In this document: positions 32,027 through 42,224 of the stretch, piece by piece | Layout of the letters: every line of letters begins with the position of its first letter | Numbering within the stretch: position 1 is the first letter of the stretch | Origin: Ignavibacteriota bacterium | GTDB taxonomy: Bacteria; Bacteroidota; Ignavibacteria; UBA10030 | DNA: 64,000 bases | Direction of reading: 5' to 3' | NCBI GenBank assembly: GCA_963769605.1 | Contig: CAVYML010000003.1 | Span: 490,562-554,561 of the forward strand | Made by a program: the position numbers and the translations under genes | The notes under the pieces: generated by a model | The model's input: only the letters and a program-made list of their open reading frames with translations | What the model was told of the DNA's origin: nothing | The model's database searches: none

Positions 32027-32731
32027 TTAAAACCCCGGACTCTCCGCTGCTATTTCCTGTAGATAAGCTCTTATTTCAGCGGGAATAGATTTCTCTGAAT
32101 ACGGATTTCCAACGGGACTTTGATTAAATATTGTTTGATAAAGCACACACGCTGCCAGATATGTTCCCTCCATGGTCGGATGTCCGTCCTGATTATACAG
32201 TACAAGTTCGGGCTTGCCGCGGATAGAGCGTGCGAAGGATAGTCCCGCTGGGGCTACCTTGACGTCTAATTCCTTCCCGACAGCTAAATAGGATGCTGCC
32301 AGGTTTTCCGTTGTGACTCCAATCTTTCGACTATCGGGTCGTTCCCATGTCATGAGAAGGATGGTCTTCGCACCGCTGCGTCGGATTTCCTCATCGAACT
32401 TTCTGGCATAGTCGTAGAACTTTTTCTGATTAATGACTGGGATTTGGCTTTGTTCCTGCAAAACGACATAGTCCCATTTGCCCTCACGAATCATTCGGGC
32501 GGCATTGCCATCAGTCCAATGTTTTTCAAGGGTATACCCACCCGCAGCAATACATACTGTTTCAGTTGAAGGTGCCAGCCCTTTCAATTGTTTGTCCAGA
32601 CCGCCGTTGATCATCGTGAAACTGTTGCCGATGAACAGTATGCGTGTGGATACTTGACTGTTGCTGATTTCCAAAGCCGACAGAGCCAGGCAAACGATAA
32701 GTGAAAATCTCTTGAATTTGCTTGCTTTCAT
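32027..32731 (-). CDS. Secreted SGNH/GDSL-type hydrolase (esterase or acetylesterase-like).
   Basis: Signal peptide followed by an ILFIGNSFT block (Ser nucleophile). Confidence 0.55.
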   Translation of the reverse strand: MKASKFKRFSLIVCLALSALEISNSQVSTRILFIGNSFTMINGGLDKQLKGLAPSTETVCIAAGGYTLEKHWTDGNAARMIREGKWDYVVLQEQSQIPVINQKKFYDYARKFDEEIRRSGAKTILLMTWERPDSRKIGVTTENLAASYLAVGKELDVKVAPAGLSFARSIRGKPELVLYNQDGHPTMEGTYLAACVLYQTIFNQSPVGNPYSEKSIPAEIRAYLQEIAAESPGF

Positions 32732-33261
32732 AATTCGACCTCAAACCTTCTAAGAGAATTTGAAAGATTCTTTTAAATATTGCTGATTCAGTTGTTTGCT
32801 CATTAATGTGAAATGATACGGCAAATATGCAGCGATGTCAAGTTAAACGCCATCTTTCTTATGCCACAATCTGGAAGGAAATGTAGAAAGGAGAATTGAG
32901 ATGAATGAACAAGATTAAGAAGAGCTTAGTCCCTTCTACTCTAAGATAGGAGAGGAATCAATGTCGAGTAAAGGGTCACCTCGATTTAAGCAGGTAAAGG
33001 GGTTTTCATTTCTGGAATAAAAAGGTCTTTTATGGATAATTTTCCTGTTGAGGGAACGCTTGCATCTCACCACGGCAATAGATAAATTCCAACCATTGAA
33101 GCAGCGGTTAAGTCCTCTCAGGACGGTATCGTTGTAGGGGCACATTTCCGAAAGAGTGCGATTCAATCTTTAAATTTCGATCACGGCTGTAATGAACTTC
33201 GTTTACCAGGATTAAGCACGGATAAAATCCTTGATATGAGACGGCGAGAATCATTACTAAA

Positions 33262-33887
33262 ATGAAACGGTCAACCCTCAAAAAACTTTTTTTTCTTATT
33301 CTTGCTCCTTACATCATAGGTGGACGCAAGTTGACAGTTCGTTTGATGAATATTCCGTCGGCTTTGGAGGCGGGCAGGATGCTGCCTATGATTGCACAGG
33401 AGGTAACATTTATCGAAATTCATTTGAAGATGTCGGAGTAAAAGTAACGCACAAATTTGAAGCACCGTTCAGGGCAGGGTTAAGCACCTCTATCATTTCG
33501 GAAGAGGGAAGCAATCCGGTGGATAGAAGAACGTTAATCATTCCGTATCCGGATCTCGCTCTTGATCTCAAATATTTTTCACTTGGCACAACCGGTCTCC
33601 GACTCGGATCAGAAGATGATATCTACGGGGAGGTCTCATTTTTAAATCAGGTCCCTTTTGGCTCTGGTAAAGGTTTCGCTCATTGTGGGGTTAGTTTGAA
33701 GCCAACGAAGGACACGCGGCTTTGGTTAGGCATAAATAGCGGCCCCTATTATGCGGCAGGGTTTGCTGGACAATTCGATTTTCCAATATCCGCCAATCAC
33801 TTCTTATATATCAATGGTCGCACTGGAAATATTGGAGGTGTCTCCGAATATGGTTTCTCGGTTGGCATGCGAGTACGGGTATATTAA
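33262..33887 (+). pseudogene. Small outer-membrane beta-barrel (OMP_b-brl/PorT-like) gene with an apparent N-terminal frameshift.
   Basis: ATG 33262 gives the signal peptide MKRSTLKKLFFLILAPYIIGG, then a stop after 59 aa. A different frame is open from about 33260 to 33887. It encodes alternating-hydrophobic beta strands and a C-terminal aromatic (...GFSVGMRVRVY) with no start codon upstream of the GTG at 33519. Confidence 0.4.
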
Positions 33888-34109
33888 AGTGAAAACGAAA
33901 TTCAAAAGGATAATCTAGTGTGAGTATCCATCGCAGTATCCAAAGTAACGAACTCACAACGTAGCGAGGACAGGAGCGAGTAACCAAAATCAGAGGATTT
34001 CCGGGAGTAAGACACCGCTATTATTTATTCTATCAAATATTTCAAATTCCTCCTTGAAGATTTCTTTTCCTTCAAATGATTTTTAAATAACCTTGTAATT
34101 TCTTGATCG

Positions 34110-36347
34110 TTATATTTTCAATCGTATGCCTGCATAAATCATTCTTCCGCTTATAGGTCCCCATACAAGCGAAGCATCAAAATATTGTGAATGCGGATGC
34201 TCCCAATCAAGAATCGGATTTGGTTGTGTATAGTTAAAAATATTTTCTACGCCTGCATATAAATCAAGCTCCTCAGAAAACGTTCGAGTAATCTGAGCAT
34301 TAATTAAAACAAATGACGGTGACATATCCGGCATTTGCAGTCCGGGCGGATTTGTTGCAGTTGATGGAATGCGTTTCGGGCCGAAACATTGAAGCGTCGC
34401 ATCGTATATCATCTGTGATTCGTTGCTCTCATCATTTTCTGTTGTGTATGAAAGATTCACTAATGCGCGATTTCGCGAAGTGAATGGACGTTCCATCCAG
34501 TTTCCGTTGATGATCTGCCGTACATCAAGATATCTATATGCAAAGCGAGTATCGAAATGATCGACGGGCTGCATATCCAGCTCTGCTTGCAAACTGTTTG
34601 AATAGGAACCATCGGTCACAGAATAAAATCGCACCTGCTGGGGATTTGCATCAAGATCGGCAACGACCTGATGATCGAATTGTGTTCTGTAACCATCGAA
34701 TGTCAATGTTGCTTCATGGTAATTTACTTCGAAATAATGTGTAAGGTTGAAACCGAAATTCCATGCCGATTCCTGTTTCAAACCATAGCCGAAGGATTCA
34801 GTTGGGATGATAACGACCGATCTCGCGCTTGCAAGTGCTGTTGCGTTTTCGGTGAAAATATTTGCCGTTCGATATCCGCGTCCCGCAGACATGCGAAGAA
34901 CCCAGTCCTGCTGCGGTGTATATCGGATATGCAGGCGGGGTGTTACCATTAATCCGTACGCGTTATGTTCATCGACGCGAATTCCGCCGATAATCGATAA
35001 ATCCTCGTTCGGAGAAAATGTATATTCGATAAATTCTCCGGGAACGCGTTCAATTCTTCTATATGAAGTAAGAGTGAATGTTTCATCGAACTGATCAAAT
35101 AAAAAACTTGCCCCGAATCGGAGTTTGCTGATCTTGCTGATATGGTACTGGTATAAAATATTAAGGTAACCGGTTTCCTCGTTGCCGTTATATGCGCGTG
35201 AGCCGAACAACGATGAATTGCGGTAATGATTTAATGACCATTGAACACCGAGACTTTTGTAGTCGGGACTCGAAAAAACAAATCCTGTCTTACCGAATAG
35301 TCGTATTTGCTCGACATCGGTTTTATAGAGATACGATTCGCCGGGTGTTGTTACAGAATCGAGAGTACCGCCTTGCTTTTTATCGTTTACATATTGCGCT
35401 GCAATTTGTCCCTGTAATCCCGACGAATCGCTGTAGAAAAATCGCTGCAAGATATTGTATGTGGTAAACGTTGGCATGTCCAAAAAGTCGTCGCCATTTT
35501 CATTTACTTCATGTTTCTGTGTGCTGACGTGGAGGAATGTTAAGGATGAAAGATTATTGTCTATAATCTGGCGAAAATTTAGATTGCCTTCAAACCGCTG
35601 ATCGATATTGCCGTAGAGATTTAGAAAAAGAGTCTTCTCCTGTGCATTTTGAGGTTTGCGAAGATCGACATCGATTTGGCCTGTAATCGATTCGTATCCG
35701 TTTGCGACCGAGCCGACTCCTTTTGAAACGTTGATATTTTCGATCCATGTACCGGGGATAAACGACAATCCGATGTTTGAAGAGAGGCCGCGAATAAACG
35801 GGAGATTCTCCATTGTCGTTTGCGTATAGATGCCGGAAAGCCCGAGCATCTCGATTTGTTTTGTGCCGGTTATTGCATCGGTAAACGAAACATCGATTGA
35901 TGCATTCGTTTGGAAACTTTCGGAAAGATTGCAGCAGGCTGCTTTGAATAATTCTTTGCTCGTCAGGATTTGGACGCTGTGCGTGTTCAAGTAATCCATT
36001 GAGGTTGAGCTTCGCTCGCCGACAACACTGACATCTTGAGCAGCTTTCGCTTCTTCTCGAAGAAGTATCCGTACATTACGCTGGTTCGTAATGAACAATG
36101 TATCGCTTCGGTAACCGATATGGCTTACAACCAATTTATCGGATTGTGTTGAGAGTGGCAGAGCAAAATGGCCGCCCGTATCCGCAATCGTACCTGAAGA
36201 AGTGCCGAGCCAATAAATTTGTGTACCGATGACGGGTATTTCTTTTTGTTGTTCGTCTCGTTCCATCACTATTCCGTACAGTAGTTGTTGAGCATAAAGC
36301 GGAAGAGTAAGAAGAACGAGAACGATTATAATATAAATCGTTCTCAT
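34110..36347 (-). CDS. TonB-dependent outer-membrane receptor with an N-terminal carboxypeptidase-regulatory-like domain.
   Basis: 745 aa. Signal peptide, plug region, long beta-barrel with a C-terminal aromatic/hydrophobic terminus. Confidence 0.85.
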   Translation of the reverse strand: MRTIYIIIVLVLLTLPLYAQQLLYGIVMERDEQQKEIPVIGTQIYWLGTSSGTIADTGGHFALPLSTQSDKLVVSHIGYRSDTLFITNQRNVRILLREEAKAAQDVSVVGERSSTSMDYLNTHSVQILTSKELFKAACCNLSESFQTNASIDVSFTDAITGTKQIEMLGLSGIYTQTTMENLPFIRGLSSNIGLSFIPGTWIENINVSKGVGSVANGYESITGQIDVDLRKPQNAQEKTLFLNLYGNIDQRFEGNLNFRQIIDNNLSSLTFLHVSTQKHEVNENGDDFLDMPTFTTYNILQRFFYSDSSGLQGQIAAQYVNDKKQGGTLDSVTTPGESYLYKTDVEQIRLFGKTGFVFSSPDYKSLGVQWSLNHYRNSSLFGSRAYNGNEETGYLNILYQYHISKISKLRFGASFLFDQFDETFTLTSYRRIERVPGEFIEYTFSPNEDLSIIGGIRVDEHNAYGLMVTPRLHIRYTPQQDWVLRMSAGRGYRTANIFTENATALASARSVVIIPTESFGYGLKQESAWNFGFNLTHYFEVNYHEATLTFDGYRTQFDHQVVADLDANPQQVRFYSVTDGSYSNSLQAELDMQPVDHFDTRFAYRYLDVRQIINGNWMERPFTSRNRALVNLSYTTENDESNESQMIYDATLQCFGPKRIPSTATNPPGLQMPDMSPSFVLINAQITRTFSEELDLYAGVENIFNYTQPNPILDWEHPHSQYFDASLVWGPISGRMIYAGIRLKI

Positions 36348-36370
36348 GTGGTTCTCCTTTTTGGAACGCG

Positions 36371-36711
36371 TTAGTTTTTATCGGCGCGATAGAGGCAGCA
36401 TGGCGGAAGTTCGCTGTAAATAGAATCCGGTGTTTTAAATTTTTCCGTATCATGTCCCGCTAAGGCAATGCGATGTTCCAGGGAATCCAGAGAAATGACA
36501 GAAGGGATGTATGCAAGGGTAAGGGATTTGGATTTTTTATCCCATTTGGCAAACTTTACGCCTTTGATTTTGAGTGCGGATTCGATTCTGGCTTTGCATC
36601 GATTGCAATTGCCGGAAACTGCAATTTCAATTTGTGTAACGGTATTGTCTTGAGTGACAGATGGCAATGTAAACGCTATAACAAGTGCGATGGCTATGAA
36701 TATCGTTTTCA
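36371..36711 (-). CDS. Small secreted heavy-metal-associated (HMA-like, CxxC) metal-binding protein.
   Basis: Signal peptide MKTIFIAIALVIAFTLPS, then VSGNCNRCKARIESAL with ferredoxin-like HMA spacing. Adjacent to the TonB receptor. Confidence 0.5.
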
Positions 36712-36793
36712 TGATTATATTAACCTCATATTCGTGAATAACTTGACCGTACACACGATGTGCAGGTCGTGAATCAGGGGAAAACGAATATTC

Positions 36794-37201
36794 TCACACC
36801 AGCATGGTGCAATTAAGTATAAAGATGGGCGAACTGCCGGGCGGTGAATCGTCAGGCGAAATGAAATGAGTTATTGGAGCATCGATGCTTGGTAACGCGA
36901 TATGCTGAAATTCGATAAGCGGCTGAATGTCAAGAACCGGTGAAGTCCATGATGTCGCAGCAATCTGGTTATCCTGGATTTGAATAACGTGGAGTTCTGT
37001 TCTGCAGCAACTGTCATGATGTGTGTTGCCGCAACAACATGAATTTTGCGAAGAGGAGATGGGGAAGATGTCAACGGAGTCTATTGCATTACCGCAAAAA
37101 TGCACTAAAGTCGTTATACCGATAACAACGACTATATATAAACTGACAAACGATATGGAAAAAATCCGTTTCATTTTTTTACTGATACTATGAGAACACA
37201 A
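36794..37201 (-). CDS. Hypothetical Cys-rich membrane protein.
   Basis: One TM plus the CCCGNTHHDSCC cluster. Start uncertain. Confidence 0.35.
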   Translation of the reverse strand: MCSHSISKKMKRIFSISFVSLYIVVVIGITTLVHFCGNAIDSVDIFPISSSQNSCCCGNTHHDSCCRTELHVIQIQDNQIAATSWTSPVLDIQPLIEFQHIALPSIDAPITHFISPDDSPPGSSPIFILNCTMLV

Positions 37202-37679
37202 TCCCTATGTACCATATTGCTATATATAATATAGAGGAATTAATGTGATTTGCTACAAAAAACTCTGCAATAAAGCATTTTACAATTGAATTTGCGATTA
37301 TTTCAATGTTTCAGAGACCGATGAAGCATGAAAGATCGCCGTTCGACTTCATTGCAACGTTCCCGTGGTGAAAGCTGCGGGGGGATTTTATTATACTGGA
37401 TTCATATAGGATATTCGAGTTCTATATTGATCCTCTTAAGCGTGCACTCCTTGCCTTCACTTCCATCTTTTTGTATATTAAAATTGTATTTATAGAAACA
37501 AGCTTCTGAAAAAATTAAAGAAATTAGACGCCGAGTATCAAGAGACCGGGAGCCTCGTTTCGATTGGCATTTCTTAATTATGGCTTCAGTTTTTCGGGCA
37601 CTAAATCGAGAGCTAAAAATTATTATAATGAACGATTTGAGTGTCAGTCGAACGATGAAAATAGGCCGAAAAACCAAAG

Positions 37680-37751
37680 GCTGAAGTAGCTCAGTGGTAG
37701 AGCAGCGGTTTCGTAAACCGCAGGTCGTGGGTTCAACTCCCACCTTCAGCT
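37680..37751 (+). tRNA. tRNA-Thr (anticodon CGT).
   Basis: GCTGAAG-TA-GCTCAGTGGTAGAGC-A-GCGGT-TTCGTAA-ACCGC-AGGTC-GTGGGTTCAACTCCCAC-CTTCAGC-T. A clean cloverleaf. CCA is not encoded. Confidence 0.85.
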
Positions 37752-38488
37752 CAAAGACCCTCCATTTCTCTCTGTTTTCAATGCTTGCCTTTTTTTTCAA
37801 AGACCCACCATTTTGGATCTACAAAGTGCCAAGTTAGTGCCATCTTTAGTGCCTAAGGTACGCCTCCAAATTAAATGAGTTGATTCATATTCCCTTCAAA
37901 AATTGGATTTGTCTACTATTATTTTTTACGGATGAATTAGAAATAAGACACAAAGTTTCCACCAGGTGGAGTAAGAAATTTGATGCCCTCATCTTTATAC
38001 GGCAATTCAAACAAAATGAATTCGAAAAGCAAAAGAAAATAAAAAGAATATTATTCTCCGATTTCATCATACAGTTTCATGAATACTCTTCAAGGAAGTT
38101 GTTTTAATTTATGGATTCAGTTCTTATTGGCAATTCTAAAGCTCCTCAGACATTCCACGAGACAGCAGAAATCAATTCTCATTTGCTGCCTCAACACTGC
38201 GCAAAGAAATTAATATTCTTTCCCATATGTTTAAGATCAATTAACACCATCTGCCGGATTGCATAACTCTCCAAACTTTTGTATAATATGTCTGCAATTA
38301 TGTTCATTCAAAATCTTCCGACAATAAACAATGGTTCTATTCATATTGCCTTTTTGTAAATTGCATAGCATCGTAAGATTAAGAATGAACAAAAAGGCAA
38401 TAAAAACAATGGTGAACGATAGAATATAATTTGGCACTATTGAATAAATAGTTGAGTGGTAAAATGCCGAATTCAGAAAGAAATCAAT

Positions 38489-38575
38489 GGAGAGCTGGCT
38501 GAGCGGTCGAAAGCGGCGGTCTTGAAAACCGTTGTAGCCTTATGGCTACCGGGGGTTCGAATCCCTCGCTCTCCG
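38489..38575 (+). tRNA. tRNA-Ser (anticodon TGA), class II with a long variable arm.
   Basis: GGAGAGC acceptor, anticodon loop CTTGAAA, variable arm TGTAGCCTTATGGCTACCG, T-arm GGGGGTTCGAATCCC. Confidence 0.85.
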
Positions 38576-38876
38576 CTCGACTTCACTCTATCAAAAAAGC
38601 GATGGAGCTTTATCGAGCAGGCAAAACTTTGTTGCATGAAAAAAATGTAAATCTTTTCGCTAAGGTAAGACGAGTCTTCCCCAAAAGCACAAAACTTGTG
38701 GTTATAACAATGATTTTGGCGATGGAAGATCATATTGGATTTATAAGTTTTTTTCTCTGAAATTCAATTAAAAGGTTTACGCGAATACTCAGCGCATAGC
38801 TGAAGATCTAAAACCTTACTTCGTCCCTTATCCAAGATACTGGAAGCCTGAGCATGTTATTCTGTGTCTTGCTATT

Positions 38877-38990
38877 CACAGGGTGATGCCTTTTCGCAGG
38901 GTCGGTGTAAACCCGCCAAGCGGATCGCTATGCGTGCCGGGGGGAAAGTAGTACACGGGTCAAGGCGAACCGCGGCTGCAGGAAGTGTGG
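38877..38990 (+). ncRNA. GC-rich, probably structured element (candidate small ncRNA or 5' leader/riboswitch) in an otherwise AT-rich gap. Identity unresolved.
   Basis: An approximately 115-nt island (cacagggtgatgcc...gtgccggggggaaag...ggtcaaggcgaaccgcggctgcaggaagtgtgg) with several short internal stems. It lies about 160 nt upstream of the 39150 gene on the same strand. No match to RNase P, tmRNA or SRP topology. Confidence 0.25.
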
Positions 38991-39149
38991 AATTTTAAAT
39001 ATCAACGACACTATAAGCATTTTTCAGAATAACTATTACTATATTTATACGTTTATATATAATGCGTTGAGCCGTAACATCGAAACGCAATGAAAAAATC
39101 TGCTGCAGTTCGACTATGCTCACTGCAGTTCATTGTAGAGGAAGTATTT

Positions 39150-39482
39150 ATGAAAACATTCATCAGAATGATGCTCCTCGCAGGAGCCTTTATGATCACT
39201 GTTCCTGCAAAAGCACAATTGCATGTTGGATTAGGGATAAACATTGGTCCCCCCGCTCCCCGGAGTGAAACCGTGATCGCGGCGCCTTCCCCGGATCATG
39301 TATGGGTGCCTGGATATTATAGATGGCATCCGAAACGTCATGTTTACATATGGGTAAGCGGACATTGGGAAAAACCGCCGCATCCTCATCAAGTATGGAT
39401 AGAGGGACATTGGGAACAGCGAAATCATGAATGGGTATATTTTAAAGGACATTGGGGAAAAGAACATCATGTAAGGAAATAA
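39150..39482 (+). CDS. Small secreted protein with four tandem Trp/His-rich repeats of about 11 aa.
   Basis: RBS GAGGAAG. Signal peptide MKTFIRMMLLAGAFMITVPAKA. Repeats VWVPGYYRWH / IWVSGHWEKP / VWIEGHWEQR / VYFKGHWGKE. Confidence 0.6.
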   Translation: MKTFIRMMLLAGAFMITVPAKAQLHVGLGINIGPPAPRSETVIAAPSPDHVWVPGYYRWHPKRHVYIWVSGHWEKPPHPHQVWIEGHWEQRNHEWVYFKGHWGKEHHVRK

Positions 39483-39505
39483 CGTCTCTGAGGCATTTCA
39501 ATATC

Positions 39506-39537
39506 GGGGAAGAATGAAAAGAGTTCTTCCCCTTTTA
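39506..39537 (+). terminator. Rho-independent terminator.
   Basis: ggggaagaa-tgaaaagag-ttcttcccc followed by TTTT. Confidence 0.55.
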
Positions 39538-39592
39538 TGTTTTTCGTAATCCATAAGGTTCTGAATCTTGAACTCTTAGATCGTTACAGGGG

Positions 39593-40114
39593 TTGATGGA
39601 CTTCAAGTTTTCAGCAAGAATAATCATGGCTTTTTTTAAAATGAATAATACCGTTCAATTTATTAAAAATTGGTTACCAGCTATTCTTTGGATCATTTGC
39701 ATCTTTGTTTTGTCAACCGGATCCTTTTCAGCAGAGAATACTTATCGGATTCTTGTACCAATACTCCGTTTCTTCATACCTCATATAACTGCAGCGGAAG
39801 TCTACACCATTCATTTCTTTGTCCGAAAAGCAGCTCATGTGACTGAGTATTGCATCGCAGGTCTCTTGCTGTTTCATTCTTTTCACAACACTATGCGGTC
39901 TGATAAACCCTGGCGGTGGGTACTTTATTCATTGCTACTAATAATTTTTATAGCAGCGACCGACGAATACCATCAATCGTTTGTCGCAACCCGCACTTCT
40001 TCAATGATTGATGTCGGAATTGATTTTGTGGGCGGCATTATTGGGCAGGGAGTCAGTGTAATATTTTATAAATTCCGATTCGCGCGTAAGATTAAGATGG
40101 AGCCCATCTTATAG
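39593..40114 (+). CDS. VanZ-like family membrane protein.
   Basis: Four TMs with the VanZ signature FFVRKAAHVTEYCIAGLL. Confidence 0.5.
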   Translation: MMDFKFSARIIMAFFKMNNTVQFIKNWLPAILWIICIFVLSTGSFSAENTYRILVPILRFFIPHITAAEVYTIHFFVRKAAHVTEYCIAGLLLFHSFHNTMRSDKPWRWVLYSLLLIIFIAATDEYHQSFVATRTSSMIDVGIDFVGGIIGQGVSVIFYKFRFARKIKMEPIL

Positions 40115-40152
40115 ATGGACTCCATCTGACATCTGATGGACCCCATTTGATC

Positions 40153-41268
40153 TTACCTTGCATAGGCAAGTTTTAATGTTTTAACTTCCTTCTGATTTGA
40201 TACCGAACCCTCTATCGATAAACGGGCGAAGTATATTCCGCTTGATACATTATGCGGCGCCCATGTCACAGAATGAATCCCTTCATATTGCTGCGAATTC
40301 ACAAGCTCACCGACTAATCTGCCGAGCATGTCGAAGATAACGAGATGCACTTGAGAATATTCCGTCAATTCGTACCGAATGGTCGTGGCTGGATTGAAAG
40401 GATTGGGATAAGAACCGAGGACTGTCGACTGCCCGGCGTTCCCTCCTGCGAGGAGTTGACCGGTTCCGTTTGTATTGTGGAGAACAAAAATTTCTTCTCT
40501 GCCGCTGAAAGTATCGTTGGATGTCGTATCAAAGAAAAAGAACTGACTATCCTCTGTTGCCCCGATGGGTAATCCGCCGTTCGGGCAGTTCGTTATAAAA
40601 AATGTTACAGGCTTGTCGACGTCCGTTTTTAACAGGTTAACGGTAACAGTGGCAATATTATATAACCCTGATGCGAGTGTGTGGTATTCAGGGAATTGAA
40701 GAATAAGCCAATTGATGCGGCCCTGCCCCGGCGGGACAAAATAGTTGGGTGTCCATGCAGTATCGAGATCGCTGCCTTTTTCTACCGAAACGAATTCAAC
40801 TGCGCCGGTATCCGACGCTTGAATCCGGCAGGAATATCCGTTACAGTGTCCGCCTTTTCTATTGCCATCGTTATATCGGATATATATCTTGAGTTTAATA
40901 TTCTGAGAGGACTCTTTATAACCCTGCCTGATTTCGTAGCCGGAAGAATAATCCGGAGCGTTGACAAAGGACGGGGATACGGTAAGAGTTGTGGCAGTGT
41001 TGCTGATAATACTGCGAATTTGTCCTGATCCGCTGCCGCTTGTAATATGAATGTAATTGCCGGCCCATTTATTAAGACTCCAATTTTGATTTGCATCTTC
41101 TATGATTTTGTCAGTCGCCTGTGTAATTGTTCCTGCGCTGCTCTTATCGATCATGATTGAAGAAAATCCAATCTGACCGCTCTGCGCGATGAGAAAAGCG
41201 GTATGCGAAATAGTCAGGAGAACAAAGACAACAATAAAAATATTAAGTGATATCAATTTGGATTTCAT
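40153..41268 (-). CDS. Secreted T9SS substrate: signal peptide plus a C-terminal Por_Secre_tail (CTD) sorting domain.
   Basis: The C-terminus ...GSYPNPFNPATTIRYELTEYSQVHLVIFDMLGRLVGELVN...HSVTWAPHNVSSGIYFARLSI...KTLKLAYAR matches the TIGR04183-type CTD. N-terminal signal peptide. Confidence 0.75.
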   Translation of the reverse strand: MKSKLISLNIFIVVFVLLTISHTAFLIAQSGQIGFSSIMIDKSSAGTITQATDKIIEDANQNWSLNKWAGNYIHITSGSGSGQIRSIISNTATTLTVSPSFVNAPDYSSGYEIRQGYKESSQNIKLKIYIRYNDGNRKGGHCNGYSCRIQASDTGAVEFVSVEKGSDLDTAWTPNYFVPPGQGRINWLILQFPEYHTLASGLYNIATVTVNLLKTDVDKPVTFFITNCPNGGLPIGATEDSQFFFFDTTSNDTFSGREEIFVLHNTNGTGQLLAGGNAGQSTVLGSYPNPFNPATTIRYELTEYSQVHLVIFDMLGRLVGELVNSQQYEGIHSVTWAPHNVSSGIYFARLSIEGSVSNQKEVKTLKLAYAR

Positions 41269-41300
41269 GGTCTTTTCCTTTTTTCTTCTGCATTAGAGAG

Positions 41301-41317
41301 TGCCACTCTTGTGCCAA
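41301..41317 (-). promoter_or_regulatory. Candidate sigma-54 (-24/-12) promoter for the T9SS-CTD gene.
   Basis: The minus strand reads TTGGCAC-AAGAG-TGGCA. The GG to GC spacing is correct, with one mismatch to TTGCA. It lies about 33 nt upstream of ATG 41268. Confidence 0.35.
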
Positions 41318-41690
41318 TGCAAAGAAGGGCTGCAAATCTGTTCGGCAAAAAAAAACGATCAATTCGGAGGAAAAAAAGAAAGATGCTGAAAGGACAAAAG
41401 AATCAGTACTGGACAAATTGTATTTTCGGCAAATCGGGTCAGATCATGAAGAGACGCAGACGAAAAGCCGGCCTCGCGGGAATTCGTATCTCAATTGTGT
41501 TAAATTACGCTGAGCAATTGCTGTCTAAAATTATTTGTTCGATGAAAACGGACATGGACATTTCTGTCCGGCTATTTTTAATGTTGCGCGAGGTGCGGTA
41601 AATTGTAAATTCACCAAAGAGGATCAGATTAATCAGAATTGAGGACGAACGAATTCGAAGCCGCGCATCATCTATGTCGGTAAAACATTC

Positions 41691-42224
41691 TTAAGAATGT
41701 ATTTCGCACAATGACGATGCAACAGGGAAATTATGGATATTTGCCTTCGGTATTTCTCTGAGTTGTTGAAATCGCTTCAATTTACCGCGAAGAGCCGCAA
41801 GCAGATTTTGTTCTTTTATAGGTTTGACAAGGTAATCATCTGCGCCCATTTCTTTTCCTGTTCGAATCATCACATCATCATTAAGTCCGCTTAAAAAAAT
41901 GAATGGAACCTGCTTCAAATGCTCGATTTCCTGGACTTTCTCAAAAAAAGTGAATCCTCCCATCGTAGATGTTTCGAGACTGATGTCGCATAGAATAATA
42001 TCAGGCGTGAATTTCTGCAGAAGAACATAGGCTTCATCCGACGTGCTCAGCGGCATCACTTCAAATCCGTCGGATTCAATGCTCAAACTGAGAGCTGCAA
42101 GCAGGTCTTTATCATCATCGATGACAACAACTTTGGGCGGCAGTCTGATTTCATTGTCATTCCCTTTTCCACTGGAATCGGCAATTAGCGAAAAGGGGGC
42201 TCGCTGTTGAAACTTGTTTGAAAT
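41691..42224 (-). CDS. Single-domain response-regulator receiver. The full REC domain has no canonical start codon and is in frame with the upstream ORF across a single TGA.
   Basis: REC motifs KVVVIDDD...DIILCDISL...KP. The only ATG (42086) would delete beta1 and the acidic pocket. The frame is open back to the TGA at 42227..42225. Confidence 0.5.
   Translation of the reverse strand: MSNKFQQRAPFSLIADSSGKGNDNEIRLPPKVVVIDDDKDLLAALSLSIESDGFEVMPLSTSDEAYVLLQKFTPDIILCDISLETSTMGGFTFFEKVQEIEHLKQVPFIFLSGLNDDVMIRTGKEMGADDYLVKPIKEQNLLAALRGKLKRFQQLREIPKANIHNFPVASSLCEIHS

Noticed and set aside
37402-38760. ORFs 37402..37800(-), 38456..38650(+), 38473..38733(-) and 38542..38760(+).
   Set aside because: They overlap the tRNA-Thr and tRNA-Ser genes or lie in the AT-rich gap. 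They are artefacts of the ORF caller.
38877-38990. Identification of the GC-rich element as SRP (4.5S) RNA.
   Set aside because: It contains GUGCCGGG- and GUCAAGG-like strings. But their order is reversed relative to 4.5S RNA, and the element cannot form the single long hairpin.
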